Source: Candidatus Omnitrophota bacterium
GTDB lineage: Bacteria > Omnitrophota > Gorgyraeia > Zapsychrales > JANLHA01
DNA: 64,000 nt
NCBI GenBank assembly: GCA_029560465.1
Contig: JAKQKX010000045.1
Location: forward strand, 216,260 to 280,259
Reading direction: 5' to 3'
The notes beneath the pieces were generated by a model. That model made no database searches, had not been told where the DNA came from, and was given only the letters and a program-made list of their open reading frames with translations. Position 1 is the first letter of the stretch. Each line of letters begins with the position of its first letter. Position numbers and translations under genes: made by a program. This document shows, in pieces, positions 39,569-49,275 of the stretch.

Positions 39569-40267
39569 TCACGCCATGACCATCAAAGCGAGATTCCGGC
39601 CGCAGCTGGCCCCTTCTCTCCGGTAAGAAAAAAAACGGGTATCACAGCAGGTGCATGCCCCGCAATCATGAACCTGGGCCACCGGAACACCCCCCTGCTC
39701 AAGTTGCCGTATATTCGCTCCGGCGAGATCCAAGACCAGGCCCGGCCCTTGCCGCCGGACGTCCTCCGGGAAGAAATCACGGAATTCCGGCCCCACGGTG
39801 TAACAACAAGGCCGTATGCAGGGTCCCAAAACCACGCTCATCTCGGCGGGGTCTGAACCGAACGCATCGCGCATCCGGGCCACCGCTTCCCGCACAATTC
39901 CATCCCGCGTCCCCCGCCAGCCCGCATGCACGACCCCGACACACCGGTTCCGGGGGTCACAAAGAAATACCGGAAGGCAATCTGCGGTTCTAACACTGAT
40001 CCAACATCGCGACGATTTCGTCAGACATCCATCCGCATCAAACGGAACGAAGGGCCCGGGACCTCCCCGTTCATAGACGACAATCCGGTTCCCGTGCACC
40101 TGGCGCAAAGGGACAAAAACTGAATCGGGAATAGAGAAACACGCAGCGGCGGTTTCCTCTTGTTCGGGAGTCAAGGATATTTCCCCTTGCGCGAGAGAAA
40201 GGCCGCTATTGCGATCGGTGAAGATCGCGTGTATTCCCGGAGGGAAGAAATCACTCAAGACTAACAT
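39569..40267 (-). CDS. pgeF: PgeF/YfiH family purine nucleoside phosphorylase / peptidoglycan editing factor
   Basis: QVHG, TADCLP, HAGWRG, CT..FFSYRR; start moved to MLVLSDFF (AGAGG SD). Confidence 0.92.
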   Translation of the reverse strand: MLVLSDFFPPGIHAIFTDRNSGLSLAQGEISLTPEQEETAAACFSIPDSVFVPLRQVHGNRIVVYERGGPGPFVPFDADGCLTKSSRCWISVRTADCLPVFLCDPRNRCVGVVHAGWRGTRDGIVREAVARMRDAFGSDPAEMSVVLGPCIRPCCYTVGPEFRDFFPEDVRRQGPGLVLDLAGANIRQLEQGGVPVAQVHDCGACTCCDTRFFSYRREGASCGRNLALMVMA

Positions 40268-41585
40268 GAGCCTCTGCTGGGGATAGGAGTTCTGCGCCGC
40301 TTCCACCAGGCATCTCCTGGACACTCTGAAGTTTTTTTTCAATCGTGCGAGATTTTTGGGCGGCCGTTTCGATCGTATTGCTGGCCTCCTGTAATTTCTT
40401 ATGGGTCTTTTCCAGCAGGCCGCCGAATTTAGAAAACTCGTTCTTAACCATGCCCAGCAGGTTCCAGACTTCGCTCGCGCGCTTTTCCACGGCCAGGGTG
40501 CGGAAGCCCATCTGCAGGCTGTTCAACAAGGCCGCGATCGTGGTGGGGCCGGCCACCGTTATACGGGCTTCCCGACGGAGCAGGTCCAAGAATCCCGGAC
40601 GCCGCAACACTTCCGCATAAAGGCCCTCAGTCGGCAGGAACAGGATCCCGAAATCGGTCGTGCGCGGGGGATCCAGATATTTCTCCCGGATATTCTTCGC
40701 TTCCAGCTTGATCCGGGTTTCCAAAGCTTTAGACGCCTCCGCTATCCCGGCACTGTCCCCCTGATCCTGGGCTTCCTGAAGACGCTCATAATCTTCCAGC
40801 GGGAATTTGGCGTCTATCGGAAGATACACCGGCTGCCCGTCTTTCCCCCCGGGAAGTTTGATGGCAAATTCAACCGGGTCACGGCTTCCCATCTTTGTGA
40901 TAACATTTTTTTCATACTGATCCGGGGACATCATCTGTTCTAAAAGGTTCCCCAGCTGCACCTCCCCCCAGGTCCCGCGGGTTTTAACATTGGACAAAAC
41001 TTTCTTCAGGTCACCGACCCCAGCGGCCAGGGACTGCATTTCCCCGAGCCCTTGATGGACTTTCTCCAGACGGTCACTGACAATCTGGAAGGAATCGCCC
41101 AGCCGTTTCTCAAGCGTGGCGTGGAGTTTTTCATCCACGGTTTCCCGCATCTTCTCCAATTTCTGATTGTTCTCATCCTGCAGATACCGCAGGCGTTCTT
41201 CCACCACCGCGCGCAACTTCTCTAATTTCTGCTCATTCATCTGGGTCAGGACCGACAACTGCTTAGAAAAAGTGTCCAGCTGATTTTTCTGCATAAGAGA
41301 AACATCCGTCATCCGGGACAACACAGACTGAGAAAACGCATTAAGATTATCACGCAATTCCTGGCGTGCCGTCCGGGCTTGCTGCTGAGCTTCTTCCCTA
41401 TTCCGGGAAATCTCTTCGCGAACTCCCGTCTGAATTTTATCCGTGTATTGCCCGAGCCCAAGGAAACGCTCCTTGACCTCATCCCGGATCCTTTGCAGGC
41501 CCTTCCAGACGGTTATAAACCCAGCGACAATGACAACGCTGACGCCCAGCATCCATCCCATTATATCCATGCGGAACTCTTCCAA
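40251..41585 (-). CDS. rmuC: DNA recombination protein RmuC
   Basis: TM plus coiled coil, KTRGTWGEVQL, PIDAKFP, TTDF..LFLPTEGLYAE. Confidence 0.94.
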   Translation of the reverse strand: MEEFRMDIMGWMLGVSVVIVAGFITVWKGLQRIRDEVKERFLGLGQYTDKIQTGVREEISRNREEAQQQARTARQELRDNLNAFSQSVLSRMTDVSLMQKNQLDTFSKQLSVLTQMNEQKLEKLRAVVEERLRYLQDENNQKLEKMRETVDEKLHATLEKRLGDSFQIVSDRLEKVHQGLGEMQSLAAGVGDLKKVLSNVKTRGTWGEVQLGNLLEQMMSPDQYEKNVITKMGSRDPVEFAIKLPGGKDGQPVYLPIDAKFPLEDYERLQEAQDQGDSAGIAEASKALETRIKLEAKNIREKYLDPPRTTDFGILFLPTEGLYAEVLRRPGFLDLLRREARITVAGPTTIAALLNSLQMGFRTLAVEKRASEVWNLLGMVKNEFSKFGGLLEKTHKKLQEASNTIETAAQKSRTIEKKLQSVQEMPGGSGAELLSPAEAHVSLE

Positions 41586-41594
41586 AAATAAATA

Positions 41595-41972
41595 TTAATA
41601 TTGTTCTATCTTGATTTCGCTTAAGTCCTCGACTTCTGTCAGGCGGCCGTATTCCCCGTTAATATACCCGATCACGTTCACCGGGCTGGCCGGACGGATT
41701 TCACCATCCTCACTGATAGGAGTCGGGCCAAAGAATATGCAGAAACAATTTTCTTCCGGCCAGAACGCTAAATCCCCTTTTTCAACAGTGTCCCGGGCGC
41801 ACGTTCTCTCCAGATCGTGTTGAATCGGAACCGGAAAATAAATTTCTTTTCCCCACCGGGTGACGTTGGCCGAAAGAGGCAGGCTGTCCCATACTTTTTG
41901 AGCCGTACGGGAATCATTAAGTTGAGCGGCTATGCGGATATGACCGATTGTAATACAAATATGTTTTGGCAT
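41595..41972 (-). CDS. cyclophilin-like fold protein (TM1367/DUF369-like)
   Basis: WGKEIYF, GDLAFWP, CIFFGPTP, PASPVNVIG. Confidence 0.85.
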   Translation of the reverse strand: MPKHICITIGHIRIAAQLNDSRTAQKVWDSLPLSANVTRWGKEIYFPVPIQHDLERTCARDTVEKGDLAFWPEENCFCIFFGPTPISEDGEIRPASPVNVIGYINGEYGRLTEVEDLSEIKIEQY

Positions 41973-42000
41973 ATGATGACGGTGCCCATCATTTGTTTGA

Positions 42001-42029
42001 ATTGTAACACAAGGACCCCGAGAGCGCAA
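42001..42029 (-). promoter_or_regulatory. possible promoter for the cyclophilin-like gene, rmuC and pgeF
   Basis: Minus strand TTGCGC-N17-TACAAT with an extended TG. Confidence 0.55.
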
Positions 42030-42108
42030 AACATATTCTTTTCCCCGCCGTGAAAACATGCCCCTAAGATCTCAGGAAGGCCCTTTCCCGCCCGGGGTTC
42101 CCGGCCCG

Positions 42109-42255
42109 CTACTTTTTTTCTTCCAGTAACCGGATAATTTTTTCAAGCCGGTTGGTGATCGCGATCGGGACAAAGACGATCCAGACAATTAAAAAAATTT
42201 TTATCCCGAAATACCAAATTAAATCCTGGACATTGCCGCTTTCACATAGGCACAT
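42109..42255 (-). CDS. 48-aa single-TM small protein (not in ORF track)
   Basis: MCLCESGNVQDLIWYFGIKIFLIVWIVFVPIAITNRLEKIIRLLEEKK; GGAGGAG SD; own promoter. Confidence 0.75.
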   Translation of the reverse strand: MCLCESGNVQDLIWYFGIKIFLIVWIVFVPIAITNRLEKIIRLLEEKK

Positions 42256-42291
42256 TTGCTCTCCTCCATATTAAATATTATTTATGAACTT

Positions 42292-42320
42292 ATTATAACT
42301 ATTTCCAAAAAGCTTGTAAA
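42292..42320 (-). promoter_or_regulatory. sigma70-type promoter for the 48-aa ORF
   Basis: Minus strand TTTACA-N17-TATAAT. Confidence 0.75.
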
Positions 42321-42475
42321 GCACCCCCAAGAGGTGGCCCGCCTTAAAAAGCCGTCCGGGAGGCCACAAATCACCCGGCTCCTAGAAAAACATAAGCGAG
42401 AATATCCTTTTTGACGGGTCCATTTTCCAGGGTTTCAAACCGTCGGAAACCCAGAAAAGTTTTTCATGTTTTCTC

Positions 42476-42503
42476 TTGAGCCAAAAGGGTTTTTTGATAT
42501 AAT
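42476..42503 (+). promoter_or_regulatory. possible promoter for the PilZ-domain gene
   Basis: TTGAGC-N16-TATAAT with an extended TG; AAGGAG SD downstream. Confidence 0.55.
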
Positions 42504-42527
42504 TGCACCAGAACAAAGGAGACCTTT

Positions 42528-43058
42528 ATGGAAAGCAATTATTCATTCCTCAATGACACTTTGGCGATTCATGAAATTCGCAAACATAAATGGATTGAAA
42601 GCGAAAAGCAGGGCCGGGAAATCGGGTTCGCCACGGCCGCGGTGGATTGGATTAAGAAATACGGCCAAAAATGGCATCTTTCCCGGGCTGAACACCAGCA
42701 AGGGGCTGACCCTTTTTCCGAAAAACGGCAATTCCGCCGTTTCCAAAGGAAATTTCCCCTACAAATCAAAATCAAGAACAAGCACATTGAATGTCAGACA
42801 GATAATATCAATCTCCTCGGGCTAGCCTGCACAATCCCCGCGTCCATCAACCCTGATGACACCGCAGACGTCACCATCCTTTTTCAAAAGCCCGACGCGC
42901 AGCGTAAACCTGCAAATCGCATACGGTTCCAAACCCGCATCGCCAGAGTATCAAACCTGTCCGTAGCACGGCAGGGACGCCAGTTCAATATTTTTCTCCC
43001 GTTTCCGGAGGAGATAAAAGATTTCATCCGGGGGCACTCCGAAATCTTAAATAATTAA
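42528..43058 (+). CDS. DUF4032-like helical domain fused to a PilZ domain
   Basis: EI.KHKWIESEK.G.EIGF..A..DW motif (family named from memory); PilZ RxxxR (KRQFRR) and degenerate NINLLG. Confidence 0.7.
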   Translation: MESNYSFLNDTLAIHEIRKHKWIESEKQGREIGFATAAVDWIKKYGQKWHLSRAEHQQGADPFSEKRQFRRFQRKFPLQIKIKNKHIECQTDNINLLGLACTIPASINPDDTADVTILFQKPDAQRKPANRIRFQTRIARVSNLSVARQGRQFNIFLPFPEEIKDFIRGHSEILNN

Positions 43059-43096
43059 AAGTCCGATCCCATAAAACAGGAATAGACAAGCATGCG

Positions 43097-43234
43097 CTAA
43101 CGCCTGGGAGTTTTGGACCTTAAAATATCCTCAAAGGTCCAATCCCGTTCTTTCTTAGGCGTGTTTGGTTTCTCAACCGCGATCTTGCGCGCATCCATTT
43201 TATTTTGGCGAGGTTTTTTAGATGACCGCCCCAT
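43097..43234 (-). CDS. 45-aa basic small protein (not in ORF track)
   Basis: MGRSSKKPRQNKMDARKIAVEKPNTPKKERDWTFEDILRSKTPRR; GGGGG SD; co-directional with upstream genes. Confidence 0.55.
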   Translation of the reverse strand: MGRSSKKPRQNKMDARKIAVEKPNTPKKERDWTFEDILRSKTPRR

Positions 43235-43277
43235 CGGATACCCCCACGGTTAAACGGTTTGTCTTTCCCTCATAGCC

Positions 43278-43691
43278 TCACACCTTATCCGGGGAAGACG
43301 AGAGTTCATGCTCCCATTTTAAAAGAGAGCCCCGGGCATCAAAATAAAGATATATTTTCTCCTTCCCCGCATAATCGGCCTGACGCCGGTACATCCACAG
43401 CGTCCGCCCCCCGGGTTCCCCTGCGAGGGCTTGTTCATAAATCGGTGCCCCGTAAATTTTACGGATCTCTTTCTGACGCATTGTCCGCGTGAAACGGCCC
43501 GATGTCAGGTCATGGACAAGCGCTTCAAAACGCTTATCCGCTTTCTCTATAAACATCTCTTTGTCTTCATTATTATTGGAATAGGCCTGAAGCGTTAACA
43601 GCTGCTCTAAATGGGCCAATTTAGCGCACCCGGGCAAAATCAGGACCGTGGAAAAAAACAAAAACCTCCCCAAGACCGCTTTTCCTCTCAT
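43278..43691 (-). CDS. lipoprotein, possibly BamE/SmpA-like fold
   Basis: Lipobox LPGC; EIRKIYGAP...WMY...YLYFD pattern; GGGGAG SD. Confidence 0.65.
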   Translation of the reverse strand: MRGKAVLGRFLFFSTVLILPGCAKLAHLEQLLTLQAYSNNNEDKEMFIEKADKRFEALVHDLTSGRFTRTMRQKEIRKIYGAPIYEQALAGEPGGRTLWMYRRQADYAGKEKIYLYFDARGSLLKWEHELSSSPDKV

Positions 43692-43741
43692 TATAATCTC
43701 CCCTGCCCGAAAGCCTGGAACCCCCGAGGGCGGCAAGCGCC

Positions 43742-45682
43742 TCACTTGCTGATATGGTCCTTCTCCTCCGTCAGCCTCTTAATATCCGATTCCATCTCCC
43801 TTAAAATCTTTGGAATCTGCTTCAACCGTTGCCCGCATTCTTTAATAAGCTCCGGGTCTTTCCCGTACGCATTGGCCAGCAACCGTGATTTCACGTAACT
43901 TTCCTTTTCCAACTCTTTCATCTGATGCTGTAAATCTTTGATTCGATTTCTGATCTCATCGATCCGTTTCAACGCCTGCTGATGAAGACGCCGGGCTTCT
44001 TTCAGTTTGGCGTACTCTTCCCCCTGAAATTTCTTTTTCTCGGCCTTGGCGGCCTGTGTTTCATGGCGAAGCCTGGCTTCACCTTCCTGCGTTAAAGTTT
44101 CACCATCCTTCTTCTTATCCAGATAATAATCCAAACCACCCGGATAAGTTTTGATCTGCCCCTGGTTGACTTCCACGATAGAATCAGCGATCTGCTCTAC
44201 GAAAAAAAGGTCATGGCTGATAAAACACAACGTCCCCTCGTACTGCTGAAACGCTTTAATCAACGCATCCACGCCATCGATATCCAAATGGGTGGTCGGC
44301 TCGTCAAGAAGGATAAAGTTCGGTGGCCTGATGAGCAGTTTGGCCAGGATCAGACGGCTCTTTTCCCCACCCGAAAGCACCTGGACAGGCTTGAACACAT
44401 CTTCTCCGTGAAAATTAAAAAGCCCGAGCAGGGTCCGCATTTGAGTGGCCGGATACGTTCCTTCCGCGGCAGAGGCAAGCTCATCAAGGACCGACCGTGC
44501 GGGGTTCAGAACATCGAGCCGGCTCTGGGAAAAATACCCCCGCTGAACCTGATGCCCCAACACGATCATCCCCTGGTCCGGAGGCAAAACCCCGGCCAAC
44601 ATTTTCAACAGCGTGGACTTCCCCGCCCCGTTGGGCCCCACGAGGCACACTTTCTGTTTTCGCAGGATTTCAAAATTCAAATCCTGGTAAACGGTTTTTT
44701 CGCCATAGACCTTACCCACACGCTCGCAACGGATGACCGAATACCCGCTCGCCTGGACCGGAGGGAACACAAAATCCTTAATGCTTTTTCTCTCCGGAGG
44801 CAGCTCAATGTTTTCAAGCCGCTCGAGCATCTTCCTCTTATTTTTAACGGCAGACGCCCGGTTGGGCTGGGCATGAAACCGCTGGGCGAACCGTTCGAGC
44901 TGTTGTTTCTTTTTCTCGACCACCTTTTGCCGCTTTTCCAAGCTCCTGATGTTAATCCCTTTCTGCGTCTCGTAGGCCTCGTAGTTCCCCTTCACCTTGG
45001 TCAGCGTGCCGTCATCCAGAACAATCGTATAATTTGTCACCTCATTGAGGAACACCTTGTCATGAGAAATCAGGATAAACGTGCCCGGATAAGTCTTCAG
45101 GAAATCCTTGAGCCACAAAGTGGCCGGCAGGTCAAGGTAATTCGTCGGCTCATCCAACAACAGGACGTCATATTTATAGACCAGCAGCTTCGCTAAAAGC
45201 GTCCGCATTTGCCAGCCACCGCTGAGCTGAAGAACCGGTTTATGGAAATCCTGCACAGCGAAGCCTAACCCGGACAAAACCGCCTCGGCTTTATGCTCTA
45301 TCTCATAAATGCCCAGCCGCTCCAGTTCTTCAAGGATGTCCCCATAACGCGCCTGGTCGGCCTTATTCGTTTCTTCATAATAACGTTTTTCTTGCAGCAA
45401 CTGGCGGACATAGGCATCCCCGGAGGTCACTTCTTCCAAAACCGTCCGGTCAGAATGAAAATGCGCTTCCTGGGGGAGATACCCAATCTTCAGGTTTTTC
45501 TGAAGCTGGACCCCCCCCCCGGACGATTCCGTCTCCCCGAGGATAACCGAGAACAACGTGGTTTTCCCGGCCCCGTTCGGGCCGGTTAACCCGATGCGTT
45601 CCTGCGGGAAAATACTCAAATTCACACTTTTAAACAGCGTCCTCTGAGTGAGGTTTTTCGTCAGGTTTGTGATCGCGATCAT
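43742..45682 (-). CDS. ABC-F family ATPase
   Basis: Two NBDs (GPNGAGKT/GKS, LSGG, LLDEPT), inter-domain linker, C-terminal coiled coil, no TM. Confidence 0.94.
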   Translation of the reverse strand: MIAITNLTKNLTQRTLFKSVNLSIFPQERIGLTGPNGAGKTTLFSVILGETESSGGGVQLQKNLKIGYLPQEAHFHSDRTVLEEVTSGDAYVRQLLQEKRYYEETNKADQARYGDILEELERLGIYEIEHKAEAVLSGLGFAVQDFHKPVLQLSGGWQMRTLLAKLLVYKYDVLLLDEPTNYLDLPATLWLKDFLKTYPGTFILISHDKVFLNEVTNYTIVLDDGTLTKVKGNYEAYETQKGINIRSLEKRQKVVEKKKQQLERFAQRFHAQPNRASAVKNKRKMLERLENIELPPERKSIKDFVFPPVQASGYSVIRCERVGKVYGEKTVYQDLNFEILRKQKVCLVGPNGAGKSTLLKMLAGVLPPDQGMIVLGHQVQRGYFSQSRLDVLNPARSVLDELASAAEGTYPATQMRTLLGLFNFHGEDVFKPVQVLSGGEKSRLILAKLLIRPPNFILLDEPTTHLDIDGVDALIKAFQQYEGTLCFISHDLFFVEQIADSIVEVNQGQIKTYPGGLDYYLDKKKDGETLTQEGEARLRHETQAAKAEKKKFQGEEYAKLKEARRLHQQALKRIDEIRNRIKDLQHQMKELEKESYVKSRLLANAYGKDPELIKECGQRLKQIPKILREMESDIKRLTEEKDHISK

Positions 45683-46481
45683 AATATTTCAAAGCAGTGT
45701 CTAAATCGACCCCCAGGTCCTTTTCTTTCTTGGGAGGACGGTGATTCCACAAGATAACAATTCCTATCAGCACAATATTGATCATCGGCCCCAGATAGAA
45801 ATCCTTAAAAACATTTAAGACCAACATCGCGCTGTACAGCATCGTGACAACCGCCATTTGAATCCAGCGGTATTTCTCATGCCAAAACAGATCCGCAAAG
45901 TAAATCAAAATCACCAGCAGGGAAACATAAAAAGCCCACGGCAAAACCGGCTTGAGGACCTGCTTGAGTTTCATATACGCCTGCAGCCATTTAGGCGGGT
46001 CGGGGTTGATCAGTTTTTTATATTCCTCCGCAACCAAAAGGATCAGGGCTTCTTCACATCCCTGCTTGCCCATGCCGACTTTCAGGAACTTCGGGACATC
46101 CTCGCAAGCGCTATTCATCCTTTTGACCAGTTCTTCAACCCTTTTGCCGATACACTCCTGAAATATCTCAATCTTAAATGTCCGCTCCTTGGTGATGGAT
46201 TCCTTAACGCAGGCTTCAATATCGCTCTCCACATATCTATCAAGCACGTCCTGGTGGTCTTCTTTAATAACCGTCGCGAACTCCCGGATAATGCAATTCT
46301 CTTTCTCATTCAGCATCGCCTGGGGAATATAAATGTCATTCTTCACCTGACGCTTAAAATCCTCGCACCGGCTCACGGCCTCCGTCATATATTCCCGGGA
46401 ACGCTGCGCGTCAATCCGGGTGGGCAGCACCCCGTTGAAGGCCGCGAAAACAACCCAGGATATAATAATTTTTTTCATCAT
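45630..46481 (-). CDS. hypothetical membrane protein with Cys-paired exported domain
   Basis: Signal peptide, six Cys in a helical domain, three C-terminal TM segments. Confidence 0.7.
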   Translation of the reverse strand: MMKKIIISWVVFAAFNGVLPTRIDAQRSREYMTEAVSRCEDFKRQVKNDIYIPQAMLNEKENCIIREFATVIKEDHQDVLDRYVESDIEACVKESITKERTFKIEIFQECIGKRVEELVKRMNSACEDVPKFLKVGMGKQGCEEALILLVAEEYKKLINPDPPKWLQAYMKLKQVLKPVLPWAFYVSLLVILIYFADLFWHEKYRWIQMAVVTMLYSAMLVLNVFKDFYLGPMINIVLIGIVILWNHRPPKKEKDLGVDLDTALKYYDRDHKPDEKPHSEDAV

Positions 46482-46486
46482 AAAAC

Positions 46487-47227
46487 CTACCCCGTTTTTA
46501 AGGCCCTGATTTCCTGATCATTCAACAACCGGAACGCCCCCGTCGGCAGAGTCCCCAATTTCACCGGCCCCTGGCGCAACCTTTTCAAAAAAAGGACCTT
46601 GTAACCGAGATGGGCCATCATTTTTCGAATCTGCCGTTTCCGGCCTTCATGGATCGTGAGCGACACCTGCGTTTCCAAACCTTTACTGTGAACATGTTCC
46701 ACCCGGGCCGGAGCGGTCTTTTTTCCATCGATAAAAAGCCCCCGCTCTATCCGTTTACGGTCTTCAGGCTTTAAAAGACTGTCAATCCTAAGGATATAAG
46801 TTTTGTTAATATTATACCTTGGATGAGTCATTTTTTGAATAATTTTGCCATCATTCGTCAGCAGTAAAAGCCCTTCTGTATCCTTATCCAGGCGGCCCAC
46901 GGGTTTCAGAGGATAAAGCGCCTTGGGCAAAAGGTCATAAATTGTCTTCTTCGCGTGAGGATCCGAGCGCGTTGTCACATATCCTGCCGGTTTATTCATC
47001 ATAATATACTGAAAAGCCGGCGTCACGACCCTGGCCCCGTCCACACGGACGTCATCTCCGTCACTCACCGGGAAAGACGGTTCCCTCACCGGTTGCCCAT
47101 TGACAAAAACATGCCCGTCCTGAATCAGGGCCATGGCCTGCCGGCGGGAAGAAACCCCGGCCCGGGAAATATAAACCTGCAGCCGGAGGCCATCCAGTTC
47201 AGGTTGCCCTACGGAACGTTTTGTCAT
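46487..47227 (-). CDS. S4-domain rRNA pseudouridine synthase (RluB/RsuA family)
   Basis: S4 domain, [33 protein letters not shown]. Confidence 0.93.
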   Translation of the reverse strand: MTKRSVGQPELDGLRLQVYISRAGVSSRRQAMALIQDGHVFVNGQPVREPSFPVSDGDDVRVDGARVVTPAFQYIMMNKPAGYVTTRSDPHAKKTIYDLLPKALYPLKPVGRLDKDTEGLLLLTNDGKIIQKMTHPRYNINKTYILRIDSLLKPEDRKRIERGLFIDGKKTAPARVEHVHSKGLETQVSLTIHEGRKRQIRKMMAHLGYKVLFLKRLRQGPVKLGTLPTGAFRLLNDQEIRALKTG

Positions 47228-48039
47228 AAAATCCTCCTCCTGGCCGGCGGATGATCCGCCCGGCCCCTTTGCCGGCACGCCTCATAAATCACAACCGCGC
47301 TCGAGACAGAAACATTGAGGGAATCCGCTTGCCCATGCATCGGAACACGCACGGCTTCATCAGCATGCTCAAGCCAAAACCGGCTCAACCCCTCGTGCTC
47401 ACTGCCGACAACAACAGCGATGTCTAATGTTAAATCCGAGTCATAATATATGTTTTCCGCCACCGGAGTCGCGGCCAGAATCTTGGCCTTTCGGGACCTT
47501 AAAAACCGGTGAGCCTCCTCCGGCGAGGCTTTGACGACCGGCAACGTGAACACGCAACCGAGGCTGGCCCGGATGCAATTCGGGTTATAAATATCTGTCC
47601 GCGTATCGCAAGCGATCACCCCATCCACGCCCGCCGCATCGCAGGTCCGGATAATGGCACCCAGGTTCCCAGGCTTTTCCACGTGTTCAACGACTACATA
47701 AAAGGCGCGGGAATGAACCGGGATCGCATCCAGGGTCCAAAGCCGCGGAGCGCAGATCGCCACGATGCCTTCATTCCGGTCCCCGAACGCGATCCGTTCC
47801 ATCACATGGTCCGCGACCTCGTGGACAGGAACATGCCGGGCCGCCAACATACCCAAGAGGACCTTAGGCCCCGCGTTCCGGCCGCAAAAAACTTCCTGAA
47901 ACGGGACGCCAGCCTCCAGCGCCCGCGTGATTTCCTGAACCCCATCCACAATCGTGAGCTTGCGTTCAACGCGGGCCCGGGGTTTTCTTAACGCCAAGAC
48001 ATTCTTAATGCGGGGATTGGCCAGGCTTAAAATTTTCAT
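47224..48039 (-). CDS. TrmH/SpoU family RNA methyltransferase
   Basis: [28 protein letters not shown]. Confidence 0.93.
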   Translation of the reverse strand: MKILSLANPRIKNVLALRKPRARVERKLTIVDGVQEITRALEAGVPFQEVFCGRNAGPKVLLGMLAARHVPVHEVADHVMERIAFGDRNEGIVAICAPRLWTLDAIPVHSRAFYVVVEHVEKPGNLGAIIRTCDAAGVDGVIACDTRTDIYNPNCIRASLGCVFTLPVVKASPEEAHRFLRSRKAKILAATPVAENIYYDSDLTLDIAVVVGSEHEGLSRFWLEHADEAVRVPMHGQADSLNVSVSSAVVIYEACRQRGRADHPPARRRIL

Positions 48040-49247
48040 GACCGGCGCGCAGCCTTTTTGATGATAGGGATCAACTTCTGATTGGGTTTAAAATTCTTCG
48101 TCCGCCAGGACTGGATCATGGCGTCCCGGTGTTGAGGCCAGGCCCCGGCATAATTATCCCACCCCAAAAGGGGACCTTCCCTCCTCACCCAAGGCGGATT
48201 CCCGTAATAACTGAATACCCCATCCGGGAAAACAGCGTTCTTGACCGCCTTATAGGTCCAGTACGTCCAATGAAAGTCGAAATCATAAAAAACATCCAAC
48301 ATGTCTTCCAGCCAACGGGCCTCGCCATACAAACCGTCGCGGTAATTCACCCCGAATTCCCCCACCAAAAGCGGCCGCTGCCGTGACTCCGCAAAATCAC
48401 GGTGCCGGGACAAAATCCGGCGCATGGACGCTTTTGTAAAAGACCCCTTCCCTCCGGCATTTCTTAAAGGATACCTCAAAGACGGGACAAAATTAAACGT
48501 GAAGTCCAGCGGCTCATAAGCATGCACGCTATAAACCAAATTCGGGTCATTCAAAGCATCCAGACAGGAGAGATCCGTGGCCCAAGAGTTCCCTTCGGCA
48601 AAAATCATGTGATGCGGGTCAACGGCCCGGATATCCTGAATGAGTTTCTGGTAAAACGCGGTGACACAGCTGGAATCCGCCACCACCGCTTCGTTCAAAA
48701 GGTCATACCCGGCGACGGCCGGCTCTGCCCGGTAACGGGCCGCCAGGAACGTCCACAACGCCCTTGTCCTGCGCTGGCAAGAAGGGCTGGTCCATAACGC
48801 GGCTTTGCCGCGGCTGTCCGAGTGCCAATCATGATTCTGCGAACCGCAGGCCGCGTGCAGGTCAAGGATGACCCACACCCGGAACCGTTTCGCCCAGGCA
48901 ATCACACGGTCCAAGACCGCCACCCCCTGGGCATCATAACAATAAGGCTTTGTCTCAATGAGCCCGTAATGAAACGGCACACGCACGCAATTCCACCCCA
49001 GATCCGATATGCGCCGGAAATCCTCCTCGGTGATAAAATTCTCCCGGAACGCGACTTCCCATTCATGACAACCGCGGGGGCCCCAGGATTTCGTCAGAGA
49101 TTCTTTTAAAACACGGACCGGCCGGTTCAGGGAATGCAGGATATACCCTTCCATCATCAACCAGCCGCCCAGGTTCACGCCGCGTAAACGGACTTTTTTC
49201 TTTTGATGGACAATATCTCTGCCTTGAACAATCAGAAAATCGCTCAT
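48036..49247 (-). CDS. glycoside hydrolase family 5 (no signal peptide)
   Basis: GVNLGGWL, RVPF, DLH, YDLLNE (acid/base), VGEFG (nucleophile), WTYW. Confidence 0.9.
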   Translation of the reverse strand: MSDFLIVQGRDIVHQKKKVRLRGVNLGGWLMMEGYILHSLNRPVRVLKESLTKSWGPRGCHEWEVAFRENFITEEDFRRISDLGWNCVRVPFHYGLIETKPYCYDAQGVAVLDRVIAWAKRFRVWVILDLHAACGSQNHDWHSDSRGKAALWTSPSCQRRTRALWTFLAARYRAEPAVAGYDLLNEAVVADSSCVTAFYQKLIQDIRAVDPHHMIFAEGNSWATDLSCLDALNDPNLVYSVHAYEPLDFTFNFVPSLRYPLRNAGGKGSFTKASMRRILSRHRDFAESRQRPLLVGEFGVNYRDGLYGEARWLEDMLDVFYDFDFHWTYWTYKAVKNAVFPDGVFSYYGNPPWVRREGPLLGWDNYAGAWPQHRDAMIQSWRTKNFKPNQKLIPIIKKAARRS

Positions 49248-49275
49248 AACACCCCGCGCTTTCGGTTGGCTTCCA

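Noticed and set aside
42330-42465. Possible c-di-GMP riboswitch upstream of the PilZ gene (GGGTTTC..GAAACCC hairpin)
   Set aside because: Lacks the GEMM GGCAAAC..GAAA..GACGCAAAG architecture and lies upstream of the predicted promoter; an Rfam scan would settle it
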